Shown: positions 47,833 to 57,834, counted from the first letter of the stretch. The stretch is DNA of 64,000 bases from Methanobacteriota archaeon (GCA_012729095.1 JAAYDU010000028.1:4260-68259), one strand, 5' to 3'. The notes: generated from the sequence alone by a model not told the origin. Translations and numbers: made by a program.

Positions 47833-48548
47833 TTCCCGTTACCGCCTCTCTTCCAGAATTCGATTATGTCCTTCCCTTCCAGGAAGCAAAGGCCGAAACG
47901 GTCGGCATATCTCTTAGCCTTTTCTTTGCTCAGGGCGTTGCCGTCGTCCCCCATCATCTCGCAGATGGTCGCCGAGGGCGTGACGCCAGCCATCACCATC
48001 ATTGCCGTGGCCAGTTCGGTATGGCCTTTGCGCTTGCTGAGCAGCTGCTCCGTCGAATTGAGAAGATGTATGTGCCCAGGGGCCCGGAACGCCTTTCCGA
48101 AGGCGGTCCTGGCCTCCTCGGCGCTCATGGAGTACGATCCCTTGGCCAGCTTGGCGAACTCCGATACCGTCAACGCGCGGTCGTTGTCGGTGATTCCGGT
48201 GAATGTCCGGCGGTGATTGATGGTAATTGAGAAGGCGGACTTCGTATCGTATGGAATGTCGTTCGGTGCCAGGTTCTGCAATACTGGGTGCTGGTCGTGG
48301 CTGCACTCCAGAACGTCCGCAAGGAACGGCATGTCCAGCTTCTGGCAGATGTCGTGGTGGGCGGTGGTGCATATCAATCCGCCGGCGTTCTTGCGCATCT
48401 CCCTTATGGAGGCTGGGGTCACGAACTGGGAGGCGACGGTCATATCCGTCTCCCGCTCCCGGTCGTCGGAATCGAATATCAGGACCATCTTGCCTTGGCG
48501 AATGTCCTGCAGCGCCCTCTCGATCAACTCATCGCTCATGATGGCCAC
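47829..48548 (-). CDS. ribB: 3,4-dihydroxy-2-butanone 4-phosphate synthase
   Basis: 'GKMVLIFDSDDRERETDM' and 'GLICTT' motifs. The stop overlaps the ribL start (4 nt). Confidence 0.85.
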
Positions 48549-48635
48549 TCCAACACTGAGGTGGTAGTATATTTCTTGCGTTAATACAACTCAAATGGTA
48601 GTCAAAAGGGGCCAGGCCTTGAGTTGGTATAAAAT

Positions 48636-49700
48636 ATGCAAGGGGGCTTACAGCTATCGATGGTAGAGCTACTGGATGATGTTCCGGGCATGAGGGCGTT
48701 GGACCCATCGGACATACTTGGTCAGCTGTCGTCGTTACCGGACCAGCTCGAGTGGTCCAAAGGTGTCGACGTTCCAGCCGAGAAAGGTGCCAGCAACGTC
48801 ATCGTCTGCGGTGTGGGCGGCTCGGCGATAGCCGGGGACGTGATCTGCGACCTGCTCTCGCCGACCGTCCCGGTTCCTCTGGCGGTCTCCCGCGACGTGG
48901 TCCTGCCGGGATACGCCGGCAAGGGCACCCTGTGCATAGTTGTCAGCTATTCCGGCAACACCGCGGAGAGCCTTGACCAGTACGATGATGCCATGCGCCG
49001 GGGATGCCGCATCGCGGCCATCACCTCCGGCGGAAAGCTAGAGCAGCTGGCCATGGCCAACTCCCAGCCCCTGGTCAGGGTCCCGGCGGGAAACCAACCG
49101 AGGGCTTCCCTGGGCTATCTCCTTGGCTCGCTGGCGCTGCTGCTCCAAGGGGCCGGTCTCGGCAATGCCCACGATGGGCTGCTCGCCGCGGCCCCCTCTC
49201 TGCGCTCGTACCTCGGTCGCCTGTCGGCAGACGTTCCCGCGGCCAACAACCAGGCCAAGAGACTGGCCAAGGCCATGGAGGGAAAAGTTCCCGCAGTCTA
49301 CGCGCCCCGCCCGGTGCGCTCCGTCGCCCTGCGATGGCAGAACCAGATGAACGAGAACGCCAAGACGGTGGCATTCAGCGGTGAGGTCCCGGAGATGGAC
49401 CACAACCAGCTGGTCAGCTGGCTGGAAGGCGGGTTGGACAGCGGTTGCCGCCCGGTGATGCTGATGCCCTCGGAGATGAGGCCGACGATAAAGCGCATGT
49501 CCGAGGTCACATTGCAAATGCTGAACGAACGCGGTCTGGACCCGATCTACGTGGCGCTTCCGGGGGAAGGACTTTGGGACAACGTGCTGCAAGGCATCGC
49601 GCTGGGGGACATGGCAAGCTATTACATGGCCGTGATGAAGGGCGTGGACCCTGCTCCGGTCACCCCCATAAAGGAGTTCAAGGAGCGCATCGGTCACTAG
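48636..49700 (+). CDS. Bifunctional phosphoglucose/phosphomannose isomerase (SIS domain)
   Basis: 'VCGVGGSAIAGD' and 'VVSYSGNTAES' SIS motifs. The C-terminal 'MASYYMAVMKGVDPAPV' is typical of archaeal PGI/PMI. The start could be ATG 48660. Confidence 0.8.
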   Translation: MQGGLQLSMVELLDDVPGMRALDPSDILGQLSSLPDQLEWSKGVDVPAEKGASNVIVCGVGGSAIAGDVICDLLSPTVPVPLAVSRDVVLPGYAGKGTLCIVVSYSGNTAESLDQYDDAMRRGCRIAAITSGGKLEQLAMANSQPLVRVPAGNQPRASLGYLLGSLALLLQGAGLGNAHDGLLAAAPSLRSYLGRLSADVPAANNQAKRLAKAMEGKVPAVYAPRPVRSVALRWQNQMNENAKTVAFSGEVPEMDHNQLVSWLEGGLDSGCRPVMLMPSEMRPTIKRMSEVTLQMLNERGLDPIYVALPGEGLWDNVLQGIALGDMASYYMAVMKGVDPAPVTPIKEFKERIGH

Positions 49701-52700
49701 GTCCGACCGTGTCCAGCGCCTCCTCTATTCTCTGCAGTTCCCCCTCGGGATCGCGGAACCATTCCACGCTCCACGTGCGGTGCAGCTTCCAGCCCAGCCT
49801 TCTCAGCTGACCCTGCCTGGTGCGGTCCCTGTCCCGCACGGTCATCCCGGAAACGTAATGGGGTCCGTCGCATTCTATGCCCAGCAGGAACCTGCCCTCA
49901 TCGTCGGGGTCCTCTATGGCCAGGTCGACTCGGTAATCGGACGTTCCCACGTTCATCCGCACCTTGTGGCCCCGGGCCTGCAAAGCTCTGCACAGGTGCT
50001 CCTCGAACGGGGTGATCTCCTCCTGCCGGCCATGGGTCATCGGCAGGGCCCTGCGGTCACCTCCCGACTCAGCGAACTCCAGGTACCGCTTCAGCAGCTG
50101 GGGCCCCCTGCTCCTCGACCCGGAAAGGTCTATGTCCTCCGAGCGCACCGAGGAGACTATGTCCAGGGACAGCTTGGCCCTGGTTATCGCCACGTTGAGC
50201 CTTCGTTCGCCGCCGTCCCGGTTGAGCGGTCCCAGATTGAGCGAGAACTTCCCTTTGTCATCCTTTCCGTAGCCGACGCTCAGTATTATGCGGTCCCGTT
50301 CGTGCCCCTGCACGTTCTCCAGGTTGTACAACAGGAAAGGCTCCCCCTCCTCTGACGAGAGCACGGTGTCCAGTTCCCTGTCGTCCTTGCGCATCTCGTC
50401 CAACGCTTCATCTATGGCCTCCATCTGGGCCTCGGAGAAGGCGATCACCCCCAGGCTCTTGCCGTCCTTCCTGGCGTAGTGGTCCCTGACCATGTTTGCC
50501 ACCACCAAGGCCTCCTGGCGGTTGGTGCGGCTCCGTCCCCGGTCGAAGACGCCATTGGGCACGTGCACATGGCGCAGCCCGAAACCCTCCCGGCCGAATA
50601 TGGAGCTGGGGAAGGTGTTCAGCTTCCCGCCGTAGAACTGGTGGTTGGAGAATGCGATCAGCGACTCGTCCTTGGAGCGGTAATGCCACATGAGCATGCG
50701 GCGGGACATGCCGCATGTCTCGCACTCGTCAAGGATGCTCTCCAGGTCCGGCTCCTCGTCCTCATCGTCCGCAGAAAGGGCGAAGAACGAGGTCGGCGGC
50801 ATCTGCTTGCTGTCCCCCACCACGATCACCTGCCTACCGCGGGCTATGGAACCTATGGCATCCTCGGGACATATCTGCGACGCCTCATCGAATATCACCA
50901 CGTCAAAGCAGGTCCGTTCGCGGTCAAGGAACTGGGCCACCGAAAGAGGGCTCATGAGCATGCACGGTTTCAGCAACCCGATCAGGTCCCAGCACTCGCT
51001 CAGCATGGTCCTCATGGCCTTGCGCTGCCTCTTCAGCTTTGCCAGCCTGGCGATCTCCGTCCCCTGCTTGAGCAGCGCGTTCCTGTCCTCCCCCTCCCTT
51101 CTACGTCTCAGGTCCTCCTCGATCCTGGCCTGCACTCGGTGCCTTCCCCTTTCCACGTGCAGCCTGTCCAGTTCGTCGAAGCGCTCTATGAGCCCCATCT
51201 GATGGTCCCGGCGGAAGCGGTTGAGCACAGGGTCGGAGGCCAGGGCCTCCTCCGTCCACAGCCGGGCGAACCGTTTCTGGAACGCGCCGAGCATCCCCTC
51301 GGGCGGCACGTCCATTTCCTTCAGTTCCCGGACCACGTCCTCCATTCCCAGCGCTTTCATTCCATCCACGAGCGAGGCCAGGTCCAGCCACTCCTGGTAT
51401 CTGTACCTGGAGGTCCAGGCTTTCTCGGTCCATTCCTCCAGGTCCTTCAGCGAGGCGTCGCGAAGCGGCCGTCCGTTCAGCCTGTGCCCCGGGTCGAACC
51501 GGGCGGAGAGATCGTCCAACACGGAATCGAAACGCCCCACGCAAAGTTCCAGCTCGGACGCCCCATCCTTGACCTGCTGCGGTACGTCATTTGCGGTAAG
51601 GGCGTCGATCACCTTTTCGTTTATCATGAGAACGTGTGTGGAACGGAAGTCCCGGGTCCATCTGAGCCTCTCGGAGATGGATGACAGTTCGTTCCCTTCG
51701 CCGTTGAAAACGCCGCGCAGGGCGGTCATGATATCGTCCCTCTTCACCTTCCAGGCGGCCAACGAGCGCTGGTAGTCGTCCACCGCCCTGACCATGTACT
51801 TGGCCTCATCGAAGCTGAGCTGGCGTCCGGATATTGCGCGCAGGATCCTCATGTCCCTGCGGTAGCCGCCGTTCAGCACGCGCAGGGGCCCGGTGTACTG
51901 CACCTCGAAACGGTAGCGGAACGTCTTGCCGTCCAGGTCCAGTATGTCCCGGGACCCTATTCCCAGCAGACCGCTCTCCTTCACGGACGAATCGTGGAAG
52001 GCCGCCATTCCGGCGTCGGTCAATGCGACCAGCGTGTCCAGGTCGCCCTCCAGCCATTCCCTGCGCACGGAAGGGCGGCCGGCCAGGTCCCCGTACAGGT
52101 GTCTCAACCGCCTTACGTCGGAAAGTGATCCGGGAGCTTCCAGTCCCAAAGCGGACGCCAATGTGGGCAGGGCGCCCCAGAGCTTGTCACGGGCATCCAG
52201 GAGGGCGGACAGCTCCTCCTGCACCTTGGCCTGCAGCCGGTCGCTCCATTCGGTTATGAGCGCCCCGGACCATGGATGGGCGGGATCGCGGAAGGCGGCG
52301 GTCATACGCGACAATCTCAGCACCATCGCATCCATGCGCCCCAGGCGATCCTCGTCGATCTCCAGTACCGCAGGCATCTTGAAGTCCATGTCCGCGGCCT
52401 CACTGAGCGAGGCGTACCGCCCTATCATCCCATACGCGCTCTCCCCCAGCCGACCGCGCGGGGCGTGCAGTCCCCTGGCGTAATCGTTCAGCTCCTGGCG
52501 CACGGCGGCCAGGTCCCGGACCTCGGAAACCTCTCCGGTCCTCTGCCCCAGGTCCTCCAGGCTGGTCGCTATCTCCTTCACTATCTCCGCCCTGTTCTTC
52601 TTGGGGTCGTGAAGTTCCAGGCATCTGTTCCCCAGCCCGCACTTGTCCAGGTTTCCCCGCACCACGTCCAGGGCGGCCATCTTCTGGGATACGAAGAGAA

Positions 52701-53661
52701 CGCGCTTCCCGTGGGCCATGAGCTCGGCGATCATGTTGGTGATGGTCTGGCTCTTTCCCGTTCCAGGCGGTCCCTGTAGCACGAAGCTGACCCCGGCCAG
52801 GGCCGCCTGCACCGCCTCCAACTGGCTGGAGTCGGCGTCCAGCACCTGGAAGGAGTCATCAAGCTTCAGCTTGGAGTCGTACTCCTGCGGCGCGAGCATG
52901 TCGTGGGGCTCGGGAGGCAGGGCGGCGGGGTCCCCGGCCAGCGCTCTGATCACTGGCTGGGATGCAAGTGACGGCAGCCCCTGGTCCAGGTCGTGGTACA
53001 TCAGCAACTTGGAGAAGTGGAACAGAGCCAGGTGGCAGGTGGCGTTCACCTGCCAGCCCGAGCTGGGCGGGATGGCCTCCCTGATGCTTTCCAGCGCGGC
53101 CGGCAGTTCGAACCCGTTGTCCAAGTCGAACTCCGGGAGCTTAATGCGATAGTCCATCTCCAGCCGCTTCCGCAGGCTGGGGTTGAAGACGGCGTCCTCG
53201 TCCAGAGGCTGCAGGCGATAGGGGGAGAAGGAGTTCTTCCTCTCCAGGGCGACCGGTACCAGGAAGAGCGGGGATTCGTTGAGTTCGCTCGAACCAGCGT
53301 CCTTCCAGAGAAGGGAGCCTACAGCCACGAACAGTATGTTCACCCCATGGTCGCTGCGATACGTGCGGGACCTGCCTCTCAGGTTGTAGAGAACCCTATC
53401 CACCTGCTGCTCTGGGACCTGAGCGTTGACCAGCAACCTTCCCGTGCCCGGTTCCTCCTGTCCCTGGGGGTCGGAGATCACGGTGTAATGCCTCCCCTTC
53501 TCCAGCTCAAGGTACAAGGTGGAGGCGTCCGGTAGGGAGATCGTCAGCACCGAGGCCTTGTGCTTGCGGAACCTGATGAGCGGATTTCGGTTGGATACGT
53601 CCAGCAGTCTGCCCTTCCATGCCTCGGCCTTATCGAAAACCAGCTGCTCCGATCCGTTCAT
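49678..53661 (-). CDS. Giant DUF4011-like / Upf1-type SF1 helicase with a C-terminal Vsr/DUF559-like endonuclease fold and DUF3320-like tail
   Basis: N-terminal 'NRNPLIRFRK' region; Walker A 'GPPGTGKS' (52750-52773); 'DEAS' (50878-50889); 'VVGDSKQMPP'; 'HYRS'; 'VQGHERD'; 'RRLNVAITRAK'. The C-terminal 'RVDLAIEDPD...LLGIECDG...RDRDRTRQGQLRRLGW' follows. The start is set at ATG 53661. Confidence 0.85.
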   Translation of the reverse strand: MNGSEQLVFDKAEAWKGRLLDVSNRNPLIRFRKHKASVLTISLPDASTLYLELEKGRHYTVISDPQGQEEPGTGRLLVNAQVPEQQVDRVLYNLRGRSRTYRSDHGVNILFVAVGSLLWKDAGSSELNESPLFLVPVALERKNSFSPYRLQPLDEDAVFNPSLRKRLEMDYRIKLPEFDLDNGFELPAALESIREAIPPSSGWQVNATCHLALFHFSKLLMYHDLDQGLPSLASQPVIRALAGDPAALPPEPHDMLAPQEYDSKLKLDDSFQVLDADSSQLEAVQAALAGVSFVLQGPPGTGKSQTITNMIAELMAHGKRVLFVSQKMAALDVVRGNLDKCGLGNRCLELHDPKKNRAEIVKEIATSLEDLGQRTGEVSEVRDLAAVRQELNDYARGLHAPRGRLGESAYGMIGRYASLSEAADMDFKMPAVLEIDEDRLGRMDAMVLRLSRMTAAFRDPAHPWSGALITEWSDRLQAKVQEELSALLDARDKLWGALPTLASALGLEAPGSLSDVRRLRHLYGDLAGRPSVRREWLEGDLDTLVALTDAGMAAFHDSSVKESGLLGIGSRDILDLDGKTFRYRFEVQYTGPLRVLNGGYRRDMRILRAISGRQLSFDEAKYMVRAVDDYQRSLAAWKVKRDDIMTALRGVFNGEGNELSSISERLRWTRDFRSTHVLMINEKVIDALTANDVPQQVKDGASELELCVGRFDSVLDDLSARFDPGHRLNGRPLRDASLKDLEEWTEKAWTSRYRYQEWLDLASLVDGMKALGMEDVVRELKEMDVPPEGMLGAFQKRFARLWTEEALASDPVLNRFRRDHQMGLIERFDELDRLHVERGRHRVQARIEEDLRRRREGEDRNALLKQGTEIARLAKLKRQRKAMRTMLSECWDLIGLLKPCMLMSPLSVAQFLDRERTCFDVVIFDEASQICPEDAIGSIARGRQVIVVGDSKQMPPTSFFALSADDEDEEPDLESILDECETCGMSRRMLMWHYRSKDESLIAFSNHQFYGGKLNTFPSSIFGREGFGLRHVHVPNGVFDRGRSRTNRQEALVVANMVRDHYARKDGKSLGVIAFSEAQMEAIDEALDEMRKDDRELDTVLSSEEGEPFLLYNLENVQGHERDRIILSVGYGKDDKGKFSLNLGPLNRDGGERRLNVAITRAKLSLDIVSSVRSEDIDLSGSRSRGPQLLKRYLEFAESGGDRRALPMTHGRQEEITPFEEHLCRALQARGHKVRMNVGTSDYRVDLAIEDPDDEGRFLLGIECDGPHYVSGMTVRDRDRTRQGQLRRLGWKLHRTWSVEWFRDPEGELQRIEEALDTVGPSDRCAP

Positions 53662-53782
53662 CAGTATCCTGGCAAGGCAGGGGTTGCCAGCTAATAAAAT
53701 ATTTGACCTCTCCGCTGCACGGAGCAACGGACCGAGGCCAACCTTTTTAATCCCCCCTTTTAATGGGGTTGCAAGTGACCTT

Positions 53783-55060
53783 ATGAAAGAGGACGCCTAC
53801 TGGATACGGGACCAGGTGCAGAAGCACAACAAGTGGTTCGAAGAATCGATCCCCATGATCGCCTCCGAGAACTTGATGAGCCCACTGGCCAAGGAGATGA
53901 TGATATCCGACTTCCACGATCGCTACGCCGAGGGACTGCCCGGAAAGCGATACTACAACGGCAACATTTTCGTTGACCAGGTAGAGATCAGGTGCCTGGA
54001 GCTGGCCCAGCGCATCTTCAAGTGCCAGTTCGCCGACGTTCGCCCCATTTCGGGAACGGTGGCCAACATGGCCGCCCTCATGGCCCTTACCAAGCCAGGT
54101 GATACCATGACGTGCACATCTCTGGACCACGGGGCGCACATCTCCACCGCCAAGTTCGGCGCCGTGGGGTTCCGGGGCGTCAGCACCGCCACCTATCCTT
54201 TCGACACGCACGATATGGTAATAGACGTGGACGGGGCGGCCAAGCTCATACGCGAGGTAACGCCCAAGGTGGTCCAGTTCGGTCTTTCGGTCTTCCTTTT
54301 CCCCGCTCCGGTGAAGGAGCTAAAGGATGTGGCGGCCGAGGTCGGAGCACCGGTCTGGTATGACGGTGCCCACGTGCTCGGTCTCATCGCCGGCGGCAAG
54401 TTCCAGGACCCCCTGAAAGAAGGGGCCAACGTTGTCACCGCCTCCACTCACAAGACCTTCCCCGGGCCGAATCACGGCATAGTCCTAGGGCAAGACCTGA
54501 ACGAGGAGCTTGGCAAGAAGCTTAACTCGTCCGTGTTCCCCGGCGTGACATCGAGCCACCACCTTCACGCCATGGCCGCTTTGGCAGTTACGATGGCGGA
54601 GTGGGAGATATACGGCGAGAAGTACGCTGAACAGGTCTGCAGGAACGCCAAGGCGCTCGGTTCGGCCCTGCACGAGCTGGGCATTGAGGTACTGTGCGCC
54701 CACAAGGGGTTCACCGAGAGCCATACCATAGCCGTGAACGTAGCCCCGTACGGCGGAGGGGCCGAGGCGGCCAATCTGATGGAGAAGGCCAACATGATCG
54801 CCAACAAGAACATGCTCCCCGGGGACAAGTCCTCGGTCAAGCCATCCGGCATACGCCTTGGCTCCCAGGAGATGACCAGGGTGGGCATGAAGGAGAGCGA
54901 GATGAAGGAGGTCGCCTCCCTCATCCATCGCGTGGTGGTCAAAAAGGAATCGCCCGAAGTTGTCAAGAAGGACGTGATAGCTTTGAAGCGCAACTTCACC
55001 AAGGTGCGCTACTGCCTGCACGAGGGCGAAGAAGCGTACGCCTACCACAAGCTGGTGTGA
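53783..55060 (+). CDS. glyA: Serine hydroxymethyltransferase
   Basis: 'MIASENLMSP', 'RYYNG' and 'VTASTHKTFPGP' (PLP-Lys) motifs. The start is ATG 53783. The upstream 88 codons of the track ORF overlap the helicase gene on the opposite strand and its upstream spacer. Confidence 0.9.
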   Translation: MKEDAYWIRDQVQKHNKWFEESIPMIASENLMSPLAKEMMISDFHDRYAEGLPGKRYYNGNIFVDQVEIRCLELAQRIFKCQFADVRPISGTVANMAALMALTKPGDTMTCTSLDHGAHISTAKFGAVGFRGVSTATYPFDTHDMVIDVDGAAKLIREVTPKVVQFGLSVFLFPAPVKELKDVAAEVGAPVWYDGAHVLGLIAGGKFQDPLKEGANVVTASTHKTFPGPNHGIVLGQDLNEELGKKLNSSVFPGVTSSHHLHAMAALAVTMAEWEIYGEKYAEQVCRNAKALGSALHELGIEVLCAHKGFTESHTIAVNVAPYGGGAEAANLMEKANMIANKNMLPGDKSSVKPSGIRLGSQEMTRVGMKESEMKEVASLIHRVVVKKESPEVVKKDVIALKRNFTKVRYCLHEGEEAYAYHKLV

Positions 55061-55165
55061 TCGGGAGAGGCGACCTCGCCGGTCACCTCCCCCCTTCAAT
55101 CTCTTCACACCTGCCGGGTCTCACCATCCTTCACAGGGACATCTTCTTAGCACAGGTCCATTCGA

Positions 55166-55735
55166 TCAGAGGTCGCCCCTGTAGAACCTAGTGGCTGGGC
55201 AACCCAGGCAGCGCCCTTCTTTGTACCGATAGCACGCACCGCAGAGGACGCCGCAGGGCGCTTCCTCACCCTCTCTTGTGGCCAGACGGCTACGCACAGA
55301 AAGGAAGGGCGTGGGCAGCGCGTCCTCCAGCTGGATCACCTCAGACCTTCTTATGCCCTCCTTGGACCTGAGGGAGCAGCTGCCCATCAGCTCGCTTTCC
55401 AGGGTCGCCCGGTCCTCGGCGAGGGTGAGCGCAATGAGGTTGTATCTGCCGAGGCCCTTGAACATGCTTATCACCCGGGGGCATCTTTCGAACACGCTGG
55501 TGATGCATCCCATATGCGCCTCGTTATCCACTTCCAAAAGCACCATGTTGAGATAGTATCCGAGCGCGCGGGTGTTTAGCTGCGAGCAGATGGAGACCGT
55601 TTTCCCGTCCATCAATCTCTTTACCCTTTTCTTGACCGCCACGCCCGTCATGCCAAGCTCCTTCCCCATCTTCTCGTAGGATATCCTACCATCCTTTTCG
55701 AGCATTCTGATGATGTGCTTGTCGGTCTCGTCCAT
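55166..55735 (-). CDS. Lrp/AsnC-type HTH regulator fused to a C-terminal Cys-rich (CxxxCxxC...CxxC) tail
   Basis: 'DKHIIRMLEKDGRISYEKMGKELGMTGVAVKKRVKRL' HTH_AsnC, then an RAM-like middle, then 'PCGVLCGACYRYKEGRCLGCP'. Confidence 0.7.
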   Translation of the reverse strand: MDETDKHIIRMLEKDGRISYEKMGKELGMTGVAVKKRVKRLMDGKTVSICSQLNTRALGYYLNMVLLEVDNEAHMGCITSVFERCPRVISMFKGLGRYNLIALTLAEDRATLESELMGSCSLRSKEGIRRSEVIQLEDALPTPFLSVRSRLATREGEEAPCGVLCGACYRYKEGRCLGCPATRFYRGDL

Positions 55736-55824
55736 GGTTTGATAAGTAAACCACATGTATTAGTATTATTCATATTATCATACTTACTGGGTCGACATGT
55801 ACGGGCGGCCAGGGGAAAATCGAT

Positions 55825-56649
55825 TTGGAACTGATATTTGTCATCGCCCTTCTGATCACCGGGTCAGGGGTGGGGCTGGCCTCCGGAATGCTGGGCGTGG
55901 GTGGCTGTTTCATTATGATCCCGGTACAGTACTGGGCATTGACGTCCATGGGGTTCGACTCGAAGATCGCGATCCTGGTCGCTTTCGGCACAAATCTGCT
56001 GGTTGTGCTGCCCACGGCTTTGAGCGGGGCCTACCGTCATTCCAAGAAAAAGGCCGTTCTCTGGAGACCGGCGGCGGTGATGGGCATATCCGGCGGCATC
56101 GCGTCCATGCTTGGGGTGTTCATGGCCACACAGCTCTCGGGAAACCTGCTCACCGTGATATTCGGACTGGTGATCATAGCGAGCGCAGTACGCATGCTCA
56201 CGGCCAAACCGCCGAAGGGCGAGGAGAACCCTCCAGAGAACGACCTGCTTTACGTTCTTGCCGGACTTCCGCTCGGATTCCTGTGCGGGCTTATAGGCAT
56301 CGGCGGCGGCGTGCTCATGATCCCAGTGATGGTTGTCGGCCTGAAGTTCAGTATGCATAAGGCGGTGGGGACCTCAACGGCCCTGATGGCCTTCATATCG
56401 CTTTTCGCCTCGATCTGCTACATGGCGTACGGTTGGGGGGCCAGCGGGCTTCCTGCCAATTCGATAGGGTATGTCAACATGCTGCAGTTCCTTCTTCTGG
56501 CGGCAACCAGCGTTCCCATGGCCCAGGTGGGCGCGCACGTGGCGCATAGAATTCCAGCGAAACAGCTGAAGCACGTGTTCATCATCGTGATGGTGTACAT
56601 GGGGATCAAGATGACCGGTCTGTTCTCTTGGATGGGGCTGCCATTATGA
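55825..56649 (+). CDS. TauE/SafE (TSUP) family anion/sulfite exporter
   Basis: 274 aa with ~8 TM helices and duplicated 'G(L/I)GGG(F/V)(I/L)MIP' motifs ('MLGVGGCFIMIPV', 'LIGIGGGVLMIPV'). Confidence 0.8.
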   Translation: MELIFVIALLITGSGVGLASGMLGVGGCFIMIPVQYWALTSMGFDSKIAILVAFGTNLLVVLPTALSGAYRHSKKKAVLWRPAAVMGISGGIASMLGVFMATQLSGNLLTVIFGLVIIASAVRMLTAKPPKGEENPPENDLLYVLAGLPLGFLCGLIGIGGGVLMIPVMVVGLKFSMHKAVGTSTALMAFISLFASICYMAYGWGASGLPANSIGYVNMLQFLLLAATSVPMAQVGAHVAHRIPAKQLKHVFIIVMVYMGIKMTGLFSWMGLPL

Positions 56650-56802
56650 GTGGCCGCAGACCTAACGACGCGCCCTGAAAAAAGGCTGCAACGGTCCCTG
56701 TGACGCGATGCCAGCACAAGGGGGATCGTCACCACGGCCAGGGGTCCAGTGGTTATGAGCGTTTCGATTATGTTCGCGACGACATTCGCAAGTCGGCTGG
56801 GA

Positions 56803-57732
56803 TCAACCTCGTTCTATGAGGGTCCCGCCCTTCAACCGTGCCAGCATCTCGCAGGCCATGCACCTCTTCTGCAGCGTGGGCTCTCCGCACTCGCAGGCGG
56901 AAAGGGTTGCCTGCGGGAAACCCTCCCTCATAAGGGGCCGCAGCCGGTCGTAGCTGCCAAGTATGGAGTGCCGGGTCCCCGGGTGCTTCCTCTCCATCTC
57001 GCTCACTATGGCCCGGTACTCGTTCCTCAGGGCATGCTCGGCGTACGGACATTCCGCATCCGAGAAGGGCAGGTCGGCCAACATGGCGTACAGGTACGTC
57101 TCTTTCTCCGGTATGGTGCGCAGCGGCTGTATCCTGGGCACCAGCCCAGGCTGGACGCGATCATGCGGTCCCAACCGGGCCAGGCGTTCCACGTCCCCCC
57201 GCATGAAGTTCATGAGTATGGACTGGGCCATGTCGTCCAGGTTGTGTCCTAACGCCAGAACGTCCACGCCCAGCTCCTTGGCCTTCAGGTTAAGGCAGCG
57301 GCGGCGGAAGACCCCGCAGTAAGTGCACGCCTCCCTCTCATCGGTCATACGGACCATGTCGTCCAGGTCCATGTTGGCGACCTCGCTGAATGAAATGACC
57401 GCGTGCTCGATGTCCAATCGCTCGCAGAGCTCTCGGACCTTCGGAACGGTCTCGGCGCGGTATCCTTCAATGCCCTCGTCGACGGTGATGGCGGTCAAAC
57501 GGACGTTCTTCCGGCAGCCTAGGATCCTGTGCAAAAGGAACATGGCGGTCTGGCTGTCCTTGCCTCCGGACGCCCCGACGGCTATATGCGCTTCCCCCTC
57601 CAGTTTCAGCTGCGCTCGCACCTCCTTCTTCACCCTTCTCTCCACATACTCGATGAGATGGGCGCGGCAGAGATGCGACCCGTTGTATCGTATGAACGTC
57701 ACGGCCGGGGCGGAGCATTTGGAGCAGCGCAT
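56803..57732 (-). CDS. tRNA 2-thiolation PP-loop ATPase (TtuA/Ncs6 family)
   Basis: N-terminal 'CSKC...HLCRAH' Zn finger, 'VGASGGKDS' PP-loop, 'CTYCGVFRR' Fe-S cysteines and a C-terminal 'CECG...CMAC' finger. Confidence 0.8.
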   Translation of the reverse strand: MRCSKCSAPAVTFIRYNGSHLCRAHLIEYVERRVKKEVRAQLKLEGEAHIAVGASGGKDSQTAMFLLHRILGCRKNVRLTAITVDEGIEGYRAETVPKVRELCERLDIEHAVISFSEVANMDLDDMVRMTDEREACTYCGVFRRRCLNLKAKELGVDVLALGHNLDDMAQSILMNFMRGDVERLARLGPHDRVQPGLVPRIQPLRTIPEKETYLYAMLADLPFSDAECPYAEHALRNEYRAIVSEMERKHPGTRHSILGSYDRLRPLMREGFPQATLSACECGEPTLQKRCMACEMLARLKGGTLIERG

Positions 57733-57834
57733 CGGTCAGCCCACGCCGGGCGGGATAATAAATGTTAGGCCTCACATTCGGCGGTCTCCAGGAAACCTTT
57801 TAACTGCGATACATCTTTGAAGTGGCCGGAGACC

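Noticed and set aside
48549-48635. Possible FMN riboswitch upstream of the ribB operon.
   Set aside because: The spacer is only 87 bp and is shared with the divergent pgi/pmi gene. It shows none of the conserved FMN-element helices or sequence blocks that I can recognise. FMN riboswitches are not a typical archaeal feature.
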